Shown piece by piece: positions 1 to 10,347 of a stretch of 64,000 nucleotides of DNA (position 1 is its first letter; each line of letters opens with the position of its first letter). Under the pieces are notes generated by a model. The model ran no database searches. It was not told where the DNA came from and saw nothing but the letters and a program-made list of their open reading frames with translations. The position numbers and the translations under genes are program-made. The DNA comes from Planctomycetota bacterium (GTDB lineage: Bacteria; Planctomycetota; B15-G4), in NCBI GenBank assembly GCA_965248575.1, contig CBDFJQ010000002.1:2848001-2912000 (forward strand), read 5' to 3'.

Positions 1-445
1 GTCCCTCGGCGCTCGCATGGGCTGCCTCGAGCCGCGGGTTCACCTGGGCCACAAAGTCCTTCATGGGGCGCGTCGGCAGGGTGAACTCACGGACCCCTGG
101 CACCTCCATGCCTTGGACCGTCGACCCGATGTTGAGGGAGCAGTAGTCGTAGGGCAGCGGCTCCCCTTCGGCCCGGAGAACCAGCTTGCGCTCCGGGTCC
201 AGCCCCACCAGTCGCCCCTGAACGAAGTTCGCGTCCATGCGCTGGGCCCACTGAGCAACGTTGAGGGTCAGTTCCGAAGCTCCGTACTGCCCCGCCACGA
301 AACCCGGGACCATGCCGGAGTAGAGCGTGCTGGGCTCGTCCGCAAGCACCGTGATGCGGCACGCGGGAGCTGCCCGGGCAAAATCCCGAAAGACCTGCAC
401 ATGTGCGTGCCCGCCTCCCACCAGCAAGAGATGTGGCGTGGTCAC
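1..445 (-). CDS. FAD-dependent pyridine nucleotide-disulfide oxidoreductase, possibly the N-terminal domain of a SelD fusion; runs off the window edge
   Basis: Not in the ORF track. Manual translation from GTG 445 gives VTTPHLLLVGGGHAHVQV...TLYSGMVPGFVAG...LPYDYCSLNIGS, the N-terminal motifs of this family. Confidence 0.75.
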   Translation of the reverse strand, partial: MTTPHLLLVGGGHAHVQVFRDFARAAPACRITVLADEPSTLYSGMVPGFVAGQYGASELTLNVAQWAQRMDANFVQGRLVGLDPERKLVLRAEGEPLPYDYCSLNIGSTVQGMEVPGVREFTLPTRPMKDFVAQVNPRLEAAHASAEG

Positions 446-660
446 GATCAGCCCGAACGGGAAGATGGGGCGGCCCTGCGCGAAACACGGCCTGGTGAGG
501 GAATGCTGCGCGGCGGGCCGCGCCGCTTCAAGGACTTGCGGCTTCGGGGGGACCCGTCCGTGACGCCGCCGCGGGCCGTGGCGTAGACTCGGCCCCTGAA
601 AGCTCCCCACGGGACGTAACGCCAGGACGCCCACTCCGTCCACGCTGCCACACTCATCGC

Positions 661-2598
661 ATGACTCCTCCCCTGGCACTGCGCGCGGACACAGAAGGCA
701 TCGAGCGCCGGGAATTGGCGCCTTGGGCCACCTTCTCGGACGAGAGTTGGTCCCGTCCACAGCCCGAGAAGCCCGACCCCTATCGCACCTGCTTCACCCG
801 CGATCGGGACCGCATCCTTCATTGCGGCGCCTTCCGGAGGCTCAAGGACAAGACCCAGGTCTTCGTCATCGACGAGGGAGACTTCTACCGCACCCGGCTG
901 ACCCACACCCTCGAGGTGGGCCAGCTGTCGCGCTTCCTGTGCCAGGCGCTGCGGCTGAACGAATCGCTCGGGGAAGTGCTGGCCCTGGTGCACGACATCG
1001 GGCACCCGCCCTTCGGCCACGAAGGCGAGCGCATCCTCAATGCCAGCACCGAGGTGTCGTTCGACCACAACAGCCAGGCCCTGCGCATCGTGGACGTGCT
1101 GGAACGGCCCTATATGGATCGCCGCGGGCTGAACCTCACCCAGGTGGTGCGGCGCATGATCCTCAAGCACGGAGGCGAAGCGGGGCGCGGTGCCGAGCCC
1201 ACCCGACGCCACGTGCTGGAAGCCCAGGTGGCGGACCTTGCCGACAGCACCGCTTACCAGCATCACGACATCGAGGACGGCTTACGGGCCGGCATCCTCA
1301 CCCCGGGGGAGCTCGCCACCACGAGCATCTGGACCCAGGCCGTGGAGGAGATCGGCGGCCTCTCCGAGGGCCCCCAAGGCACCAAGCGCATCTTGAACCA
1401 CATGCTCAAGACCTCGCTCTACGATGTGATGAAGGAATCGGCGCGGCGGATCGACGACTCGGGCATCCAGAGCCAGGCCCATGCGCTCTCCCACCCGGAG
1501 CGCCTCGTGGCCTACAGCCCCGAGCGCGCCCAGCAGCACACAGAGCTCGGGCGCTTCCTCTACACGTGCTACTACCGCCACCCGCGCGTGTTGCGCAGCG
1601 CTGCCAGCGCTCAGCAGGCCATCGCCCTGATCATCGACCACTACGCCGCCCACCCGGCCGAGTTGCCGTTGGACTACCGCGACCGCATCGATGAAGACGG
1701 CATCCAGCGCACCCTCTGCGACTACGTGGCCGGCATGACCGACCGCTACGCCGTCGAGCAGTGGCGACGTCTGTCTGCCGCGCGTTCGCTCGTGCACCTG
1801 GCGCTGGGGCCCCTCGATGAAGAGACGGCCACCCGGGTCACCACCCTCGAGGAGGTGGTGGGCTACCAGTTCCGGGACAAGACCCTCGCGGCCAACGCCC
1901 TGACCCACTCGTCGGCCCGCTCCGACGACCGCCCGCCCAACGAGCGGCTCGAGTTCCTGGGGGACTCGGTGTTGGGCCTCGTCATCGGGCAGGAGCTCTA
2001 CCTGCGCTACCCCGACCGCCCCGAGGGCGAGCTCTCGCGCATGAAGAGCATCTCGGTCAGCCGCAACGCCTTGCAGACGGTGGCCAACCACTGGGGTCTC
2101 GCCGAGCTCATGTTGTTGGGCCCGGGTTTCCGCAAGCCCGAGGACGCCCCGCCCTCCGTCCCCGCTGACGGCGTCGAGGCCGTGCTGGGGGCCATCTTCC
2201 TGGACGGGCACCTCGAGCCGGCCCGGCGAGTGATCCTGGCGGAGTTCCTGTCCATCGTCGAAGCCGCCGCCGAGGGGCGCCGGGGCCGCAACAGCAAGTC
2301 CGAGCTGCAGACCTTCACCCAGGCCGAGCTGGGCTGCACGCCCCACTACCAGGTGTTGGCCGAAGAGGGCCCCGACCACCGCAAGACCTTCACCGTGGCG
2401 GCCGTCGCCCAAGAGGTGAAGTTGTCCGTGGCCACAGGCCGAAACAAGCGCCAGGCGGAGCAACGGGCCGCCCGCGAAGCACTGAGCATGTTGATCTCCG
2501 CGCGCGAGGGGCACGTCCCGCCACCCGAAGGCCTGGATGCGCTGTGGAAGGTCCAACCCGGCACGACTGACGAGGCGACGAGTGCCGAAGAGCCCTGA
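661..2598 (+). CDS. dGTP triphosphohydrolase (HD domain) fused to ribonuclease III with dsRBD
   Basis: N-part: RDRDRILH, RRLKDKTQVF, RTRLTHTLEV, HDIGHPPFGHEGE, DYVAGMTD. C-part: ALTHSS, NERLEFLGDSVL, ADGVEAVLGAIFLD, KSELQ...GPDHRKTF...KRQAEQRAA. Confidence 0.9.
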   Translation: MTPPLALRADTEGIERRELAPWATFSDESWSRPQPEKPDPYRTCFTRDRDRILHCGAFRRLKDKTQVFVIDEGDFYRTRLTHTLEVGQLSRFLCQALRLNESLGEVLALVHDIGHPPFGHEGERILNASTEVSFDHNSQALRIVDVLERPYMDRRGLNLTQVVRRMILKHGGEAGRGAEPTRRHVLEAQVADLADSTAYQHHDIEDGLRAGILTPGELATTSIWTQAVEEIGGLSEGPQGTKRILNHMLKTSLYDVMKESARRIDDSGIQSQAHALSHPERLVAYSPERAQQHTELGRFLYTCYYRHPRVLRSAASAQQAIALIIDHYAAHPAELPLDYRDRIDEDGIQRTLCDYVAGMTDRYAVEQWRRLSAARSLVHLALGPLDEETATRVTTLEEVVGYQFRDKTLAANALTHSSARSDDRPPNERLEFLGDSVLGLVIGQELYLRYPDRPEGELSRMKSISVSRNALQTVANHWGLAELMLLGPGFRKPEDAPPSVPADGVEAVLGAIFLDGHLEPARRVILAEFLSIVEAAAEGRRGRNSKSELQTFTQAELGCTPHYQVLAEEGPDHRKTFTVAAVAQEVKLSVATGRNKRQAEQRAAREALSMLISAREGHVPPPEGLDALWKVQPGTTDEATSAEEP

Positions 2599-5500
2599 CG
2601 AACTGCGCGCGGCGGTGCACGCCCTGGCGTCGAGTGTTCCGGTGGCACCGCTGCTCAAGCTGGATGCCAGCCCCGGCCGCAAGACGCCCACCCGCTTGGA
2701 GATCGGCGGGGTGTGGGGGTCCTCCGCCGCTGCCATCGTGGGCAGCGCGACCACCGGGCGCGGCCGCATCCTGGCCATCACGGGCGGCGCCGACGCGGCC
2801 GAGGCCCTGACCCTCGACCTGGACATGTTGTTTCCCGGCCTGCCGGTGAATCTGCTGCCCGTGGCCGAGTCCGAATTGCAGATGGGCCCGGAGCGGCGGG
2901 CGAACCGCTCTGAACGCCTGGTGGCCTTGGCTGGTCTGCAGGAAGCCGACGACGGCGTGCTCGTCATCTCGGCGGCTTCCCTGCAGGAGAGCCTGCCCGC
3001 CCCCGACGGCGCGCGACTGACCGTCACCCGCGGCGGCACCATCGACCGCGACCGACTGCTTTCCTCTCTCACCGAGGCGGGCTTTGATCGGGTGCCCCTC
3101 GTGGCCGCCCCCGGCGAAGTGAGCGTGCGCGGCGACATCGTGGACGTCTATCCCTGGGCCGCCGCCTCCCCCGTGCGCATCGAGCTCTTCGACAACGAGG
3201 TCGAGGACCTGCGCCGCTTCGAGGTGGACACCCAGCGCTCGGTGGAGGTGCTGGACAGCATCGATGTGCGCTTGAGCAGCGGCGAGGGTGAACGCCTCGC
3301 GTTCCACGACCTCGTCCCCGCCGGCACGCTCATGCTGGTGGTGGACCCGCCCAAGGTGCGGGACCGGCTGATCGAGGTGGCTTTCGAACAAGGCGAGCCG
3401 CCTCGCATGGTGGACGACACCATGGCGCGCATCGCCCAGCGGCCCGGCGCCGACCTGCACGCACTGGACCTGGGCCGAGCGGACAGCGACCTGTCGATCC
3501 GCTCCATCGAGACCACCCATCGCCCCATCGAGCAGACCCTCGGCGCCTGGCGCGACGCGGGCTGCGAGGTGGCCGTGCTGTGCGACGGCGAAGGCGAACG
3601 GGAGCGCCTCGAAGGGACCCTGTCCGATCACCCCCTGGGGGCTGACCCCGGGCTGCGCTTCCTGGTGGGCCGCCTCGCCACGGGCTTTGCCATCCCCCAC
3701 GGCGGCCCGGTGCTGGTGCACCACCACGAGCTCATCGGTCGCAGGGCAGTGCGCCGGGGGCGACCTCGGCGGGTCGTCGCGACCCGAGCCCTCGACTCCC
3801 TCGCCGAGCTGACTCCTGGTGACTACGTCGTGCATTTGTTGCACGGCGTCGCCCTCTACCGGGGCATGCAACGTCTGACTCGCGAGCAGGGCGAGGAGGA
3901 CTTCCTGCTGCTGGAGTTCGCCGAAGACACCAAGCTCTTCGTGCCGGCCTCACGCATCGACCTCGTGGAGCGCTTCATCGGCGGCGACGCCAAGGGCCCC
4001 AAGCTGGACCGCATCGGCGGCAAGACCTGGGCCCGCAAGAAGGACAAGGTGCGCGCTGCGGTGATGGATCTAGCCGCCGAACTGCTGTCCATGCAGGCAG
4101 CTCGGCGCGGCAACGACGGCATCAGTTTTCCGGCCGACGACCCCATGGTCTCGCGCTTCGAGCACACCTTTGCCTACGAAGACACCCCCGATCAGGCCAC
4201 GGCCTGGCGGGACGTGCGCGAAGACATGGGCAAGTTGCGCCCCATGGATCGCCTGGTGGTGGGCGATGTGGGCTTCGGCAAGACCGAGATCGCCGTGCGC
4301 GCGGCCTACCTGGCGGTGCTCGCCGGGCGACAGGCCGCCGTCCTGGTGCCTACGACGATCCTGGCCGAGCAGCACTTCGAGACCTTCGAGCACCGCATGT
4401 CCGAGGAGCCTGTGCGGGTGGAAGTGCTGTCGCGCCTCAAGAAGCCCTCCGAGGTGAAGACCATCCTCAAGGACGCCTCCGAAGGCAAGGTGGACATCCT
4501 GATCGGCACCCACCGCCTACTGGCCAAAGACGTGAAATTCCTCGACCTGGGTCTGGTGATCGTCGACGAAGAGCACCGCTTCGGCGTGGTGCACAAGGAG
4601 CGACTCAAGGCTCTGCGCGCCAAGGTGGATGTGGTGACTCTTTCCGCGACACCCATCCCGCGCACCCTGCACATGGCCATGAGCGGGCTGCGGGACATCT
4701 CCAAGATCTCCACGCCGCCACCTGGCCGCCGGCCGGTGATCACCCGCGTCACCTATGAGTCTGACGCGACCATGCAGGACGCCATGCGCCACGAGCTCAA
4801 TCGCGGTGGCCAGGTCTTCGTGCTGCACAACCGCGTGCAGTCCATCGGCCGCATGCTGGAGAAGATCCGCAGCCTCGTGCCCCGGGCCCGCACCGACTAC
4901 GCCCACGGCCAGATGCCCGTGAAGGACCTGCGTCGGGTGGTGGACACCTTTGCCAATGGCAAGCTCGACGTGTTGGTGTGCACGACCATCATCGAGAGCG
5001 GCATCGACATCCCGCGCGCCAACACCATCATCATCACCGATGCCCATCGCTTCGGCCTGGCGGACATGCATCAGTTGCGCGGCCGGGTGGGGCGCGAGAG
5101 CACCCAGGCCTACGCATTCTTCCTGGTGCCCCGGGAGAAGTTCGCGGACAAGGCGGAGCGCCGGCTGAAGGCCATCGAGGAGTTCAGCAGCCTCGACGCC
5201 GGCCTGCCCATCGCCCTGCGCGACCTCGAGTTGCGCGGTGCGGGCAACCTCTTGGGCGCCGAGCAATCGGGCCACATCATGTCCGTGGGTTACGACATGT
5301 ACTGCCGCCTGCTGCGCTCGGCGGTGGCCCAGAGCAAGGGCAAGCCGGCGGAGGACGAGCCGGGCGAGGTGGAGGTCGATCTCGGTCTGTCCGCCTTCCT
5401 ACCCAACGAGTACATCCCCGACGAACCCATGCGCATGTCGGTCCTGCGCCGACTCGCCATGTCGGGCAAGAAGAAGGCCCAGGCCATCGAGGCCGAGCTC

Positions 5501-5836
5501 ACGGACCGCTTCGGCCCGCTCCCAGAGCCCGCCCGAGAGCTGCTGGACCTGTTCCAGCTGCGCCGTTACGTACGGCTCGCAGGCATCGGGTCCCTGGCGG
5601 CAGACGGGCTGGGGGGCATGTTGATCCAGGTCACGGACAGCGAGGCCTTCGAAGACCGACACCCGTTCCACCCCGATCAGCTCTACCTGATCACGCCCAC
5701 GCAGCTGCGGGTCCCGTGGCCCACCCGCGTCACAACACCGGCATCCCGGCTTCGCTATCTTCTCAAGCTCTTCAGCGCCGCCCCTGAGAAGGGACGCAGC
5801 GGAAACCAGAAAGCCCAGCCCAGCAAGCGGCGTTGA
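2582..5836 (+). CDS. mfd: Transcription-repair coupling factor
   Basis: RGDIVDVYP, PGDYVVHLLHG (RID), GDVGFGKTE, DEEHRFG, SATPIPRTL, QLRGRVGR, DLELRGAGNLLG and a TRCF C-terminus. GTG 2582 is the inferred start. Confidence 0.95.
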   Translation: MPKSPDELRAAVHALASSVPVAPLLKLDASPGRKTPTRLEIGGVWGSSAAAIVGSATTGRGRILAITGGADAAEALTLDLDMLFPGLPVNLLPVAESELQMGPERRANRSERLVALAGLQEADDGVLVISAASLQESLPAPDGARLTVTRGGTIDRDRLLSSLTEAGFDRVPLVAAPGEVSVRGDIVDVYPWAAASPVRIELFDNEVEDLRRFEVDTQRSVEVLDSIDVRLSSGEGERLAFHDLVPAGTLMLVVDPPKVRDRLIEVAFEQGEPPRMVDDTMARIAQRPGADLHALDLGRADSDLSIRSIETTHRPIEQTLGAWRDAGCEVAVLCDGEGERERLEGTLSDHPLGADPGLRFLVGRLATGFAIPHGGPVLVHHHELIGRRAVRRGRPRRVVATRALDSLAELTPGDYVVHLLHGVALYRGMQRLTREQGEEDFLLLEFAEDTKLFVPASRIDLVERFIGGDAKGPKLDRIGGKTWARKKDKVRAAVMDLAAELLSMQAARRGNDGISFPADDPMVSRFEHTFAYEDTPDQATAWRDVREDMGKLRPMDRLVVGDVGFGKTEIAVRAAYLAVLAGRQAAVLVPTTILAEQHFETFEHRMSEEPVRVEVLSRLKKPSEVKTILKDASEGKVDILIGTHRLLAKDVKFLDLGLVIVDEEHRFGVVHKERLKALRAKVDVVTLSATPIPRTLHMAMSGLRDISKISTPPPGRRPVITRVTYESDATMQDAMRHELNRGGQVFVLHNRVQSIGRMLEKIRSLVPRARTDYAHGQMPVKDLRRVVDTFANGKLDVLVCTTIIESGIDIPRANTIIITDAHRFGLADMHQLRGRVGRESTQAYAFFLVPREKFADKAERRLKAIEEFSSLDAGLPIALRDLELRGAGNLLGAEQSGHIMSVGYDMYCRLLRSAVAQSKGKPAEDEPGEVEVDLGLSAFLPNEYIPDEPMRMSVLRRLAMSGKKKAQAIEAELTDRFGPLPEPARELLDLFQLRRYVRLAGIGSLAADGLGGMLIQVTDSEAFEDRHPFHPDQLYLITPTQLRVPWPTRVTTPASRLRYLLKLFSAAPEKGRSGNQKAQPSKRR

Positions 5837-6900
5837 TGCGCCGCCTCCTGCATCACGAGACCCCAAGCATGTTGCTTCTTCCAACCGCCGTGCAAACCTT
5901 GGTTCTTCTGATGATCGTTGCGGCAACGATCACGGCACCGGTCTCGGCGATGGCTCAGCAGGACGCAGGCCCACCGGCCCCCGCCGACTTCGGTGACACG
6001 GATCCGGCGCATCCTTCCCAGCGGGTCGTGGCGTCCGTGGCCGGTGAACCCATCACCAGTTCCGACGTGGCCTACTCGATGTTGGTCCTCACCCGGGGGC
6101 AAGCGGCGGACCCCTCCCTCGAAGCCAGCATCGTGCGACGCATGGCCCAGGAGATCCTGCTCGCCACCGAAGCCGATCGTCTCGGGCTGAAGCTGTCCCC
6201 ATCGCAGGTGGATGAGTTCTGGCTCAGCTGGTTCGGCTTCACCCCCGACTACGAGGAGAGCGCGGCCACAGCCGGCACCACCGTCAGTCGGCAACGCGCC
6301 CTGGCCAAGCGCACGGTGATCTCGGAGCTGTACGTCTACAACCGCGTGGGCCTGATGAACTCCCCCGGTGCGCGCATCGACCCCGACCTGGCCCTGAAGC
6401 ACCTGGTCGACGTCACGCCCCAGCAGTTGCGTGAGTACTTCCGCAGCTTCCGCAAGGAGCTGGATCGCCCCGCCACGGTGTCCTTCGCCGCCTACCCCGC
6501 CCCGAACGCCGAGGCCGCGGAGCAGATCCAGGACGCGCTGCGCAATCAACGCACCCCTGTCGGGCCGGCACCCATCCGCCAGGAGGTCCCGCTCGAGGCC
6601 CTCGATGAGGTCTTCGTCTACGTGCCCCAGCTGGCGGAATTCGTGCGCAACAGCGAAGCCGGAGCTGTCTCCGAGCCGGTGCCCACCGAGGGCGAGGATG
6701 GCCCCATCGTGGTGGTGGTGAATGTCACCGGTCGCAAGGCCGCCCAGCCGGCCGTCTTCGGCGAGATCCAGGACGAGCTTCGCAATCGGCTCCAGTCCAA
6801 CCTTCTGGTCCAAGCCAAGGAGGAGATCGTTCGCGGCCTTGCCCGGGAGTCGGTCTACTACCCGCCGAACCTCTTCGATGAGCCGGCTCGGGATCGCTAG
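5836..6900 (+). CDS. SurA/PrsA-like exported chaperone (parvulin-related)
   Basis: Signal peptide, VVASVAGEPIT, VTPQQLREYF, GAVSEPVPT; directly follows mfd. Confidence 0.65.
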   Translation: MRRLLHHETPSMLLLPTAVQTLVLLMIVAATITAPVSAMAQQDAGPPAPADFGDTDPAHPSQRVVASVAGEPITSSDVAYSMLVLTRGQAADPSLEASIVRRMAQEILLATEADRLGLKLSPSQVDEFWLSWFGFTPDYEESAATAGTTVSRQRALAKRTVISELYVYNRVGLMNSPGARIDPDLALKHLVDVTPQQLREYFRSFRKELDRPATVSFAAYPAPNAEAAEQIQDALRNQRTPVGPAPIRQEVPLEALDEVFVYVPQLAEFVRNSEAGAVSEPVPTEGEDGPIVVVVNVTGRKAAQPAVFGEIQDELRNRLQSNLLVQAKEEIVRGLARESVYYPPNLFDEPARDR

Positions 6901-7127
6901 AGCCTTGCCCCGCAGGCCCAACGGGCTCGGAAAGCGGGTCGTAGCCCCCGCCGAGCTAGCCTGAGAACGGGCTGCTGGAGCGGGCAGCGGGCTTCAAATC
7001 CCAGCTTTCCTGGTCCAGGAACGGCAAGCCCTGGTTGCCAGCGTGGCCCATGCCGCTAGAATCGGCCGCTTCCATTAGTGCCCGGGGAAACCTCGACCCG
7101 GGCAGCACCTTGGCGGAGACGCCCCCT

Positions 7128-8684
7128 GTGGCCGACCAAAAATACCCGGATCTCGTGACCCAGAAGCCCCATGGCGTTGGCCTGGAGCCCGAGCACAGCT
7201 TCGAAGATGCTCTCCGGGATCTCGTGCGCAACTCGCCCTACCTGGGCATCTCCCTGCTCCTACATGCCGTGGTGCTGGTCATCATGTTCAGCATGAAGAG
7301 CCCGGTGGTGGTGGAAGACCCCAACCGCAAGATCGTGGCCACGGCCGAGGACATCGAGGAGCCCATCCCGCCGGAGCCTCCGGAGGAAGAGCCGGAGCCG
7401 GAGGAGATCGAGGAGGTCATCGAGGAGCCGGTGGTGGCCGAAGAGGTGGTCACCCAGGTGGATGAGATCATCGACAACATCACGAGCGACCTGCCCTTCG
7501 ACAACACCGGCAAGAACGATGTGCTGGGTGTGGGCGGCGGTGCCGGCGGTGGCTTCGGCCGCCGCGGCAAGGCGGGTCAGCGCGGCAAGGTGGCCGGCAA
7601 GCCCTATGTGGCTGCCGTGGAAGACGCCCTCATCTGGCTGAAGAACCACCAGAACCCCGACGGCTACTGGGCCTCCAACGAGTTCGACCTCGAGTGCGGC
7701 AAGTTGGGCAACGATGGGCCTTGCACCGGCCTCGGCTTCAACCGCCATGACGTGGGTGTCTCCGGCCTGGCACTGTTGGCGTTCCTCGGGGCGGACAATA
7801 CCGACACCCGCGGGCGCCACAAGGAGACGGTCAAGAATGGTCTGAAGTACCTGCTCACCATCCAGGACCGACAGACCGGAAACTTCGCGGATCCCCTGCA
7901 CCTCGAACACAGCTACGACCACATGCTAGCGACGCTTGCTGTGGTGGAGGCCTTCGCGCTCACGGGCAAGTTCAAATACAAGAAGGCTGCGCAGAAGGGG
8001 CTCGACTACATGTACGAGCTGCGCAACCCCGGCGCGGCTTGGCGTTACGCCGACCCATCCGACCCGCAGATGATCGCGTACCCCAACGACACCTCGGCAA
8101 CGGGTTGGGCCATCATGGCCATGACCATGGCCAAGGACTACGACCTCAACATCGACACGGTCGCTCTCGACGATGCCTACGACTTCATCGACGAAGTCAC
8201 GGACAGCAACGGGCGCACCGGTTACTTCGATCAGGGTGGCGGCAGCTCGCGCCTGCCCGGCCTCGACGTCACCTTCCCAGTGACAGAGTCCGAAGCCATG
8301 ACGGCCGTGGCCGTACTCTGCCGCATCTTCGCCGACCCGAACTTCGAGCGGGCGGGCAACGAAGTCATGGTCGACAAGGGCATCGCCCTGATGCAGAAGC
8401 TGCCCATCGAGTGGAGCGACGCCAACCCCGGTCGCCGGGACTTCTACTACTGGTACTACGCGACCTATTCCATGTACCAGGTGGGTGGCCGCGACTGGAA
8501 CACCTGGCAGGAAGGCATCAAGGACATCGCCGACCACCAGATCGGGAACGGCGAGATGAAGGGTTCCTGGGACCCGCAGGTGGATCCCTGGGGCGCCGCT
8601 GGTGGGCGCGTCTACAGCACGGCCATCCTGGCTCTGCTGATGGAAGTGTACTACCGCTACGACACCGTCATCGGGTCGCACTAG
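7128..8684 (+). CDS. Membrane-anchored prenyltransferase/squalene-cyclase-repeat protein
   Basis: TM helix SLLLHAVVLV, acidic Pro-rich linker, ALIWLKNHQNPDGYW, GLALLAFLG, YYWYYATYS, GSWDP, GGRVYSTA. Start is GTG 7128 after GGAG. Confidence 0.85.
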   Translation: MADQKYPDLVTQKPHGVGLEPEHSFEDALRDLVRNSPYLGISLLLHAVVLVIMFSMKSPVVVEDPNRKIVATAEDIEEPIPPEPPEEEPEPEEIEEVIEEPVVAEEVVTQVDEIIDNITSDLPFDNTGKNDVLGVGGGAGGGFGRRGKAGQRGKVAGKPYVAAVEDALIWLKNHQNPDGYWASNEFDLECGKLGNDGPCTGLGFNRHDVGVSGLALLAFLGADNTDTRGRHKETVKNGLKYLLTIQDRQTGNFADPLHLEHSYDHMLATLAVVEAFALTGKFKYKKAAQKGLDYMYELRNPGAAWRYADPSDPQMIAYPNDTSATGWAIMAMTMAKDYDLNIDTVALDDAYDFIDEVTDSNGRTGYFDQGGGSSRLPGLDVTFPVTESEAMTAVAVLCRIFADPNFERAGNEVMVDKGIALMQKLPIEWSDANPGRRDFYYWYYATYSMYQVGGRDWNTWQEGIKDIADHQIGNGEMKGSWDPQVDPWGAAGGRVYSTAILALLMEVYYRYDTVIGSH

Positions 8685-8789
8685 ACGCAACGAGACGTAC
8701 CTTGGCGCGTCCAAGTCATCGGTCCCCGGTGACTCTGCCTCACGGACCTCCTAGAGCAGGGCACAGCCCCGTTCTCAGGAGGTCCTTCC

Positions 8790-10334
8790 GTGAGTGCCGC
8801 GCACCCTGAACTGATCGTCGTCCCGAGGTCCGGCCCGCCCTCCTTCGAGGAGAGCCTGCGCGCAACGGTTCGTGATGCGCCCTACCTGGGCATCGCCCTG
8901 CTGGTGCACCTGGCGGTGCTGTTCGTGTTCATGAACATGACGCAGGTGATCCCGCTGCCGGTGGAGGCGCCCATCATCACGGCCAGCCCCGAGAGCGTGG
9001 CGCCCCCCATCGCACCGCCGACCGTGGACCTGACGAAGGTCGTCGAGGACGTGCCACCCACGATCGAAAGCCCGACGGTGACAGAGGTCACCGACACCAG
9101 CGTGACGGACCTGCCGGATTCACTGGCCGACAGCGACGCCTCCGCCGACATGTTCACTGCTGATGCGAGCGGCGTCCTCGGGGTCGGGATTGGTCGCACG
9201 GGGTCCGGCACCCCTGGGATTCGAGGCATCCCGGGCGGCCGCTCCAACGCCGGCACCCCCACCGAGGAAGCCGTCGACGATGCGCTGCGCTGGCTCAAGC
9301 ACCACCAGAACCGCGACGGATACTGGTCGGCTGAGGCCTTCGATGACGAGTGCGGCAAGCAGGGCAACGATGGTGCGTGCGACGGCCGCGGCAACCCGCG
9401 CTTCGACGTGGGAGTCACCGGCCTCTCGCTGCTGGCGTTCCTGGGCGCCGGCAACACGGACCGCTACGGTGCCTACCAGGCGACCGTCTACGAAGGCATC
9501 CGCTTCCTGCTCGACATCCAGGACGCCGACGGCAGCTTCGCACCTCCCGGCAGCACCCAGGGCACCTATGACCACGTCATCGCCAGCCTCGCCCTGTGCG
9601 AGAACTACCTCTACAGCCCGGCCTCCTTTCGCCTGAAGAAGCCGGCCCAGAAGGCGATGAACGCCCTCTACGCCATGCGCACCCCGGGCTCCGGTTGGCG
9701 CTACATGCCCGACCACAACGAGATGGCGATCCCCTCCCGTACGGCGGACACCTCCGTCACGGGCTGGGCGATCCTCGCCATGTCCACTGCCCGCAAGGCC
9801 GGCCTCTACGTGGATCAGGACTCCTGGGACGACTCCCTGGCCTTCCTCGACGAGATGACCGACAGCAGCACGGGGCGCACCGGCTACATCGAGCACGGAG
9901 GAGCCGTGGCCCGGGAGGCGCAGACCGCCGTGGCCTGGCCCGCCGAGCAGAGCGAAGCCATGACGGCGGTGGCGGTGCTCTGCCGCATCTTCGCCGACCC
10001 CGACTTGGAGGACGCCCACAACCGCGAGATGGTGGACAAGGGCGCCGAGCTGCTGGCCGCCATGCCCCCTGTCTGGGATGACAACGAAGCCGGCCGCCGC
10101 GACTACTACTATTGGTACTACGGCGCCTACGCCATGTACCAGCTCGGCGGGCAGAACTGGCGCCTGTGGGAACGGGCGCTGCTCAAGAGCGTGCTGCCCG
10201 AGCAGCACCGCGAGGGCGAACGCAAGGGCAGCTGGGACCCGCAGCACGACCCCTGGGGCCACGCGGGCGGCCGGGTCTACACCACGGCCATCAACACGCT
10301 GACCCTTGAGGTGTACTACCGCTACGCACGCTGA
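8790..10334 (+). CDS. Paralogous prenyltransferase/squalene-cyclase-repeat protein
   Basis: Same motif set as 7128..8684 (ALRWLKHHQNRDGYW, SEAMTAVAVLCRIFADP, EVYYRY); AGGAGG upstream. Confidence 0.85.
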   Translation: MSAAHPELIVVPRSGPPSFEESLRATVRDAPYLGIALLVHLAVLFVFMNMTQVIPLPVEAPIITASPESVAPPIAPPTVDLTKVVEDVPPTIESPTVTEVTDTSVTDLPDSLADSDASADMFTADASGVLGVGIGRTGSGTPGIRGIPGGRSNAGTPTEEAVDDALRWLKHHQNRDGYWSAEAFDDECGKQGNDGACDGRGNPRFDVGVTGLSLLAFLGAGNTDRYGAYQATVYEGIRFLLDIQDADGSFAPPGSTQGTYDHVIASLALCENYLYSPASFRLKKPAQKAMNALYAMRTPGSGWRYMPDHNEMAIPSRTADTSVTGWAILAMSTARKAGLYVDQDSWDDSLAFLDEMTDSSTGRTGYIEHGGAVAREAQTAVAWPAEQSEAMTAVAVLCRIFADPDLEDAHNREMVDKGAELLAAMPPVWDDNEAGRRDYYYWYYGAYAMYQLGGQNWRLWERALLKSVLPEQHREGERKGSWDPQHDPWGHAGGRVYTTAINTLTLEVYYRYAR

Positions 10335-10347
10335 CGGGCACCGGCCG

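Noticed and set aside
1282..3871. Long antisense ORFs (also 30936..32000, 33282..34538, 52917..54728 and others)
   Set aside because: Shadow frames of well-supported genes, expected in high-GC DNA.
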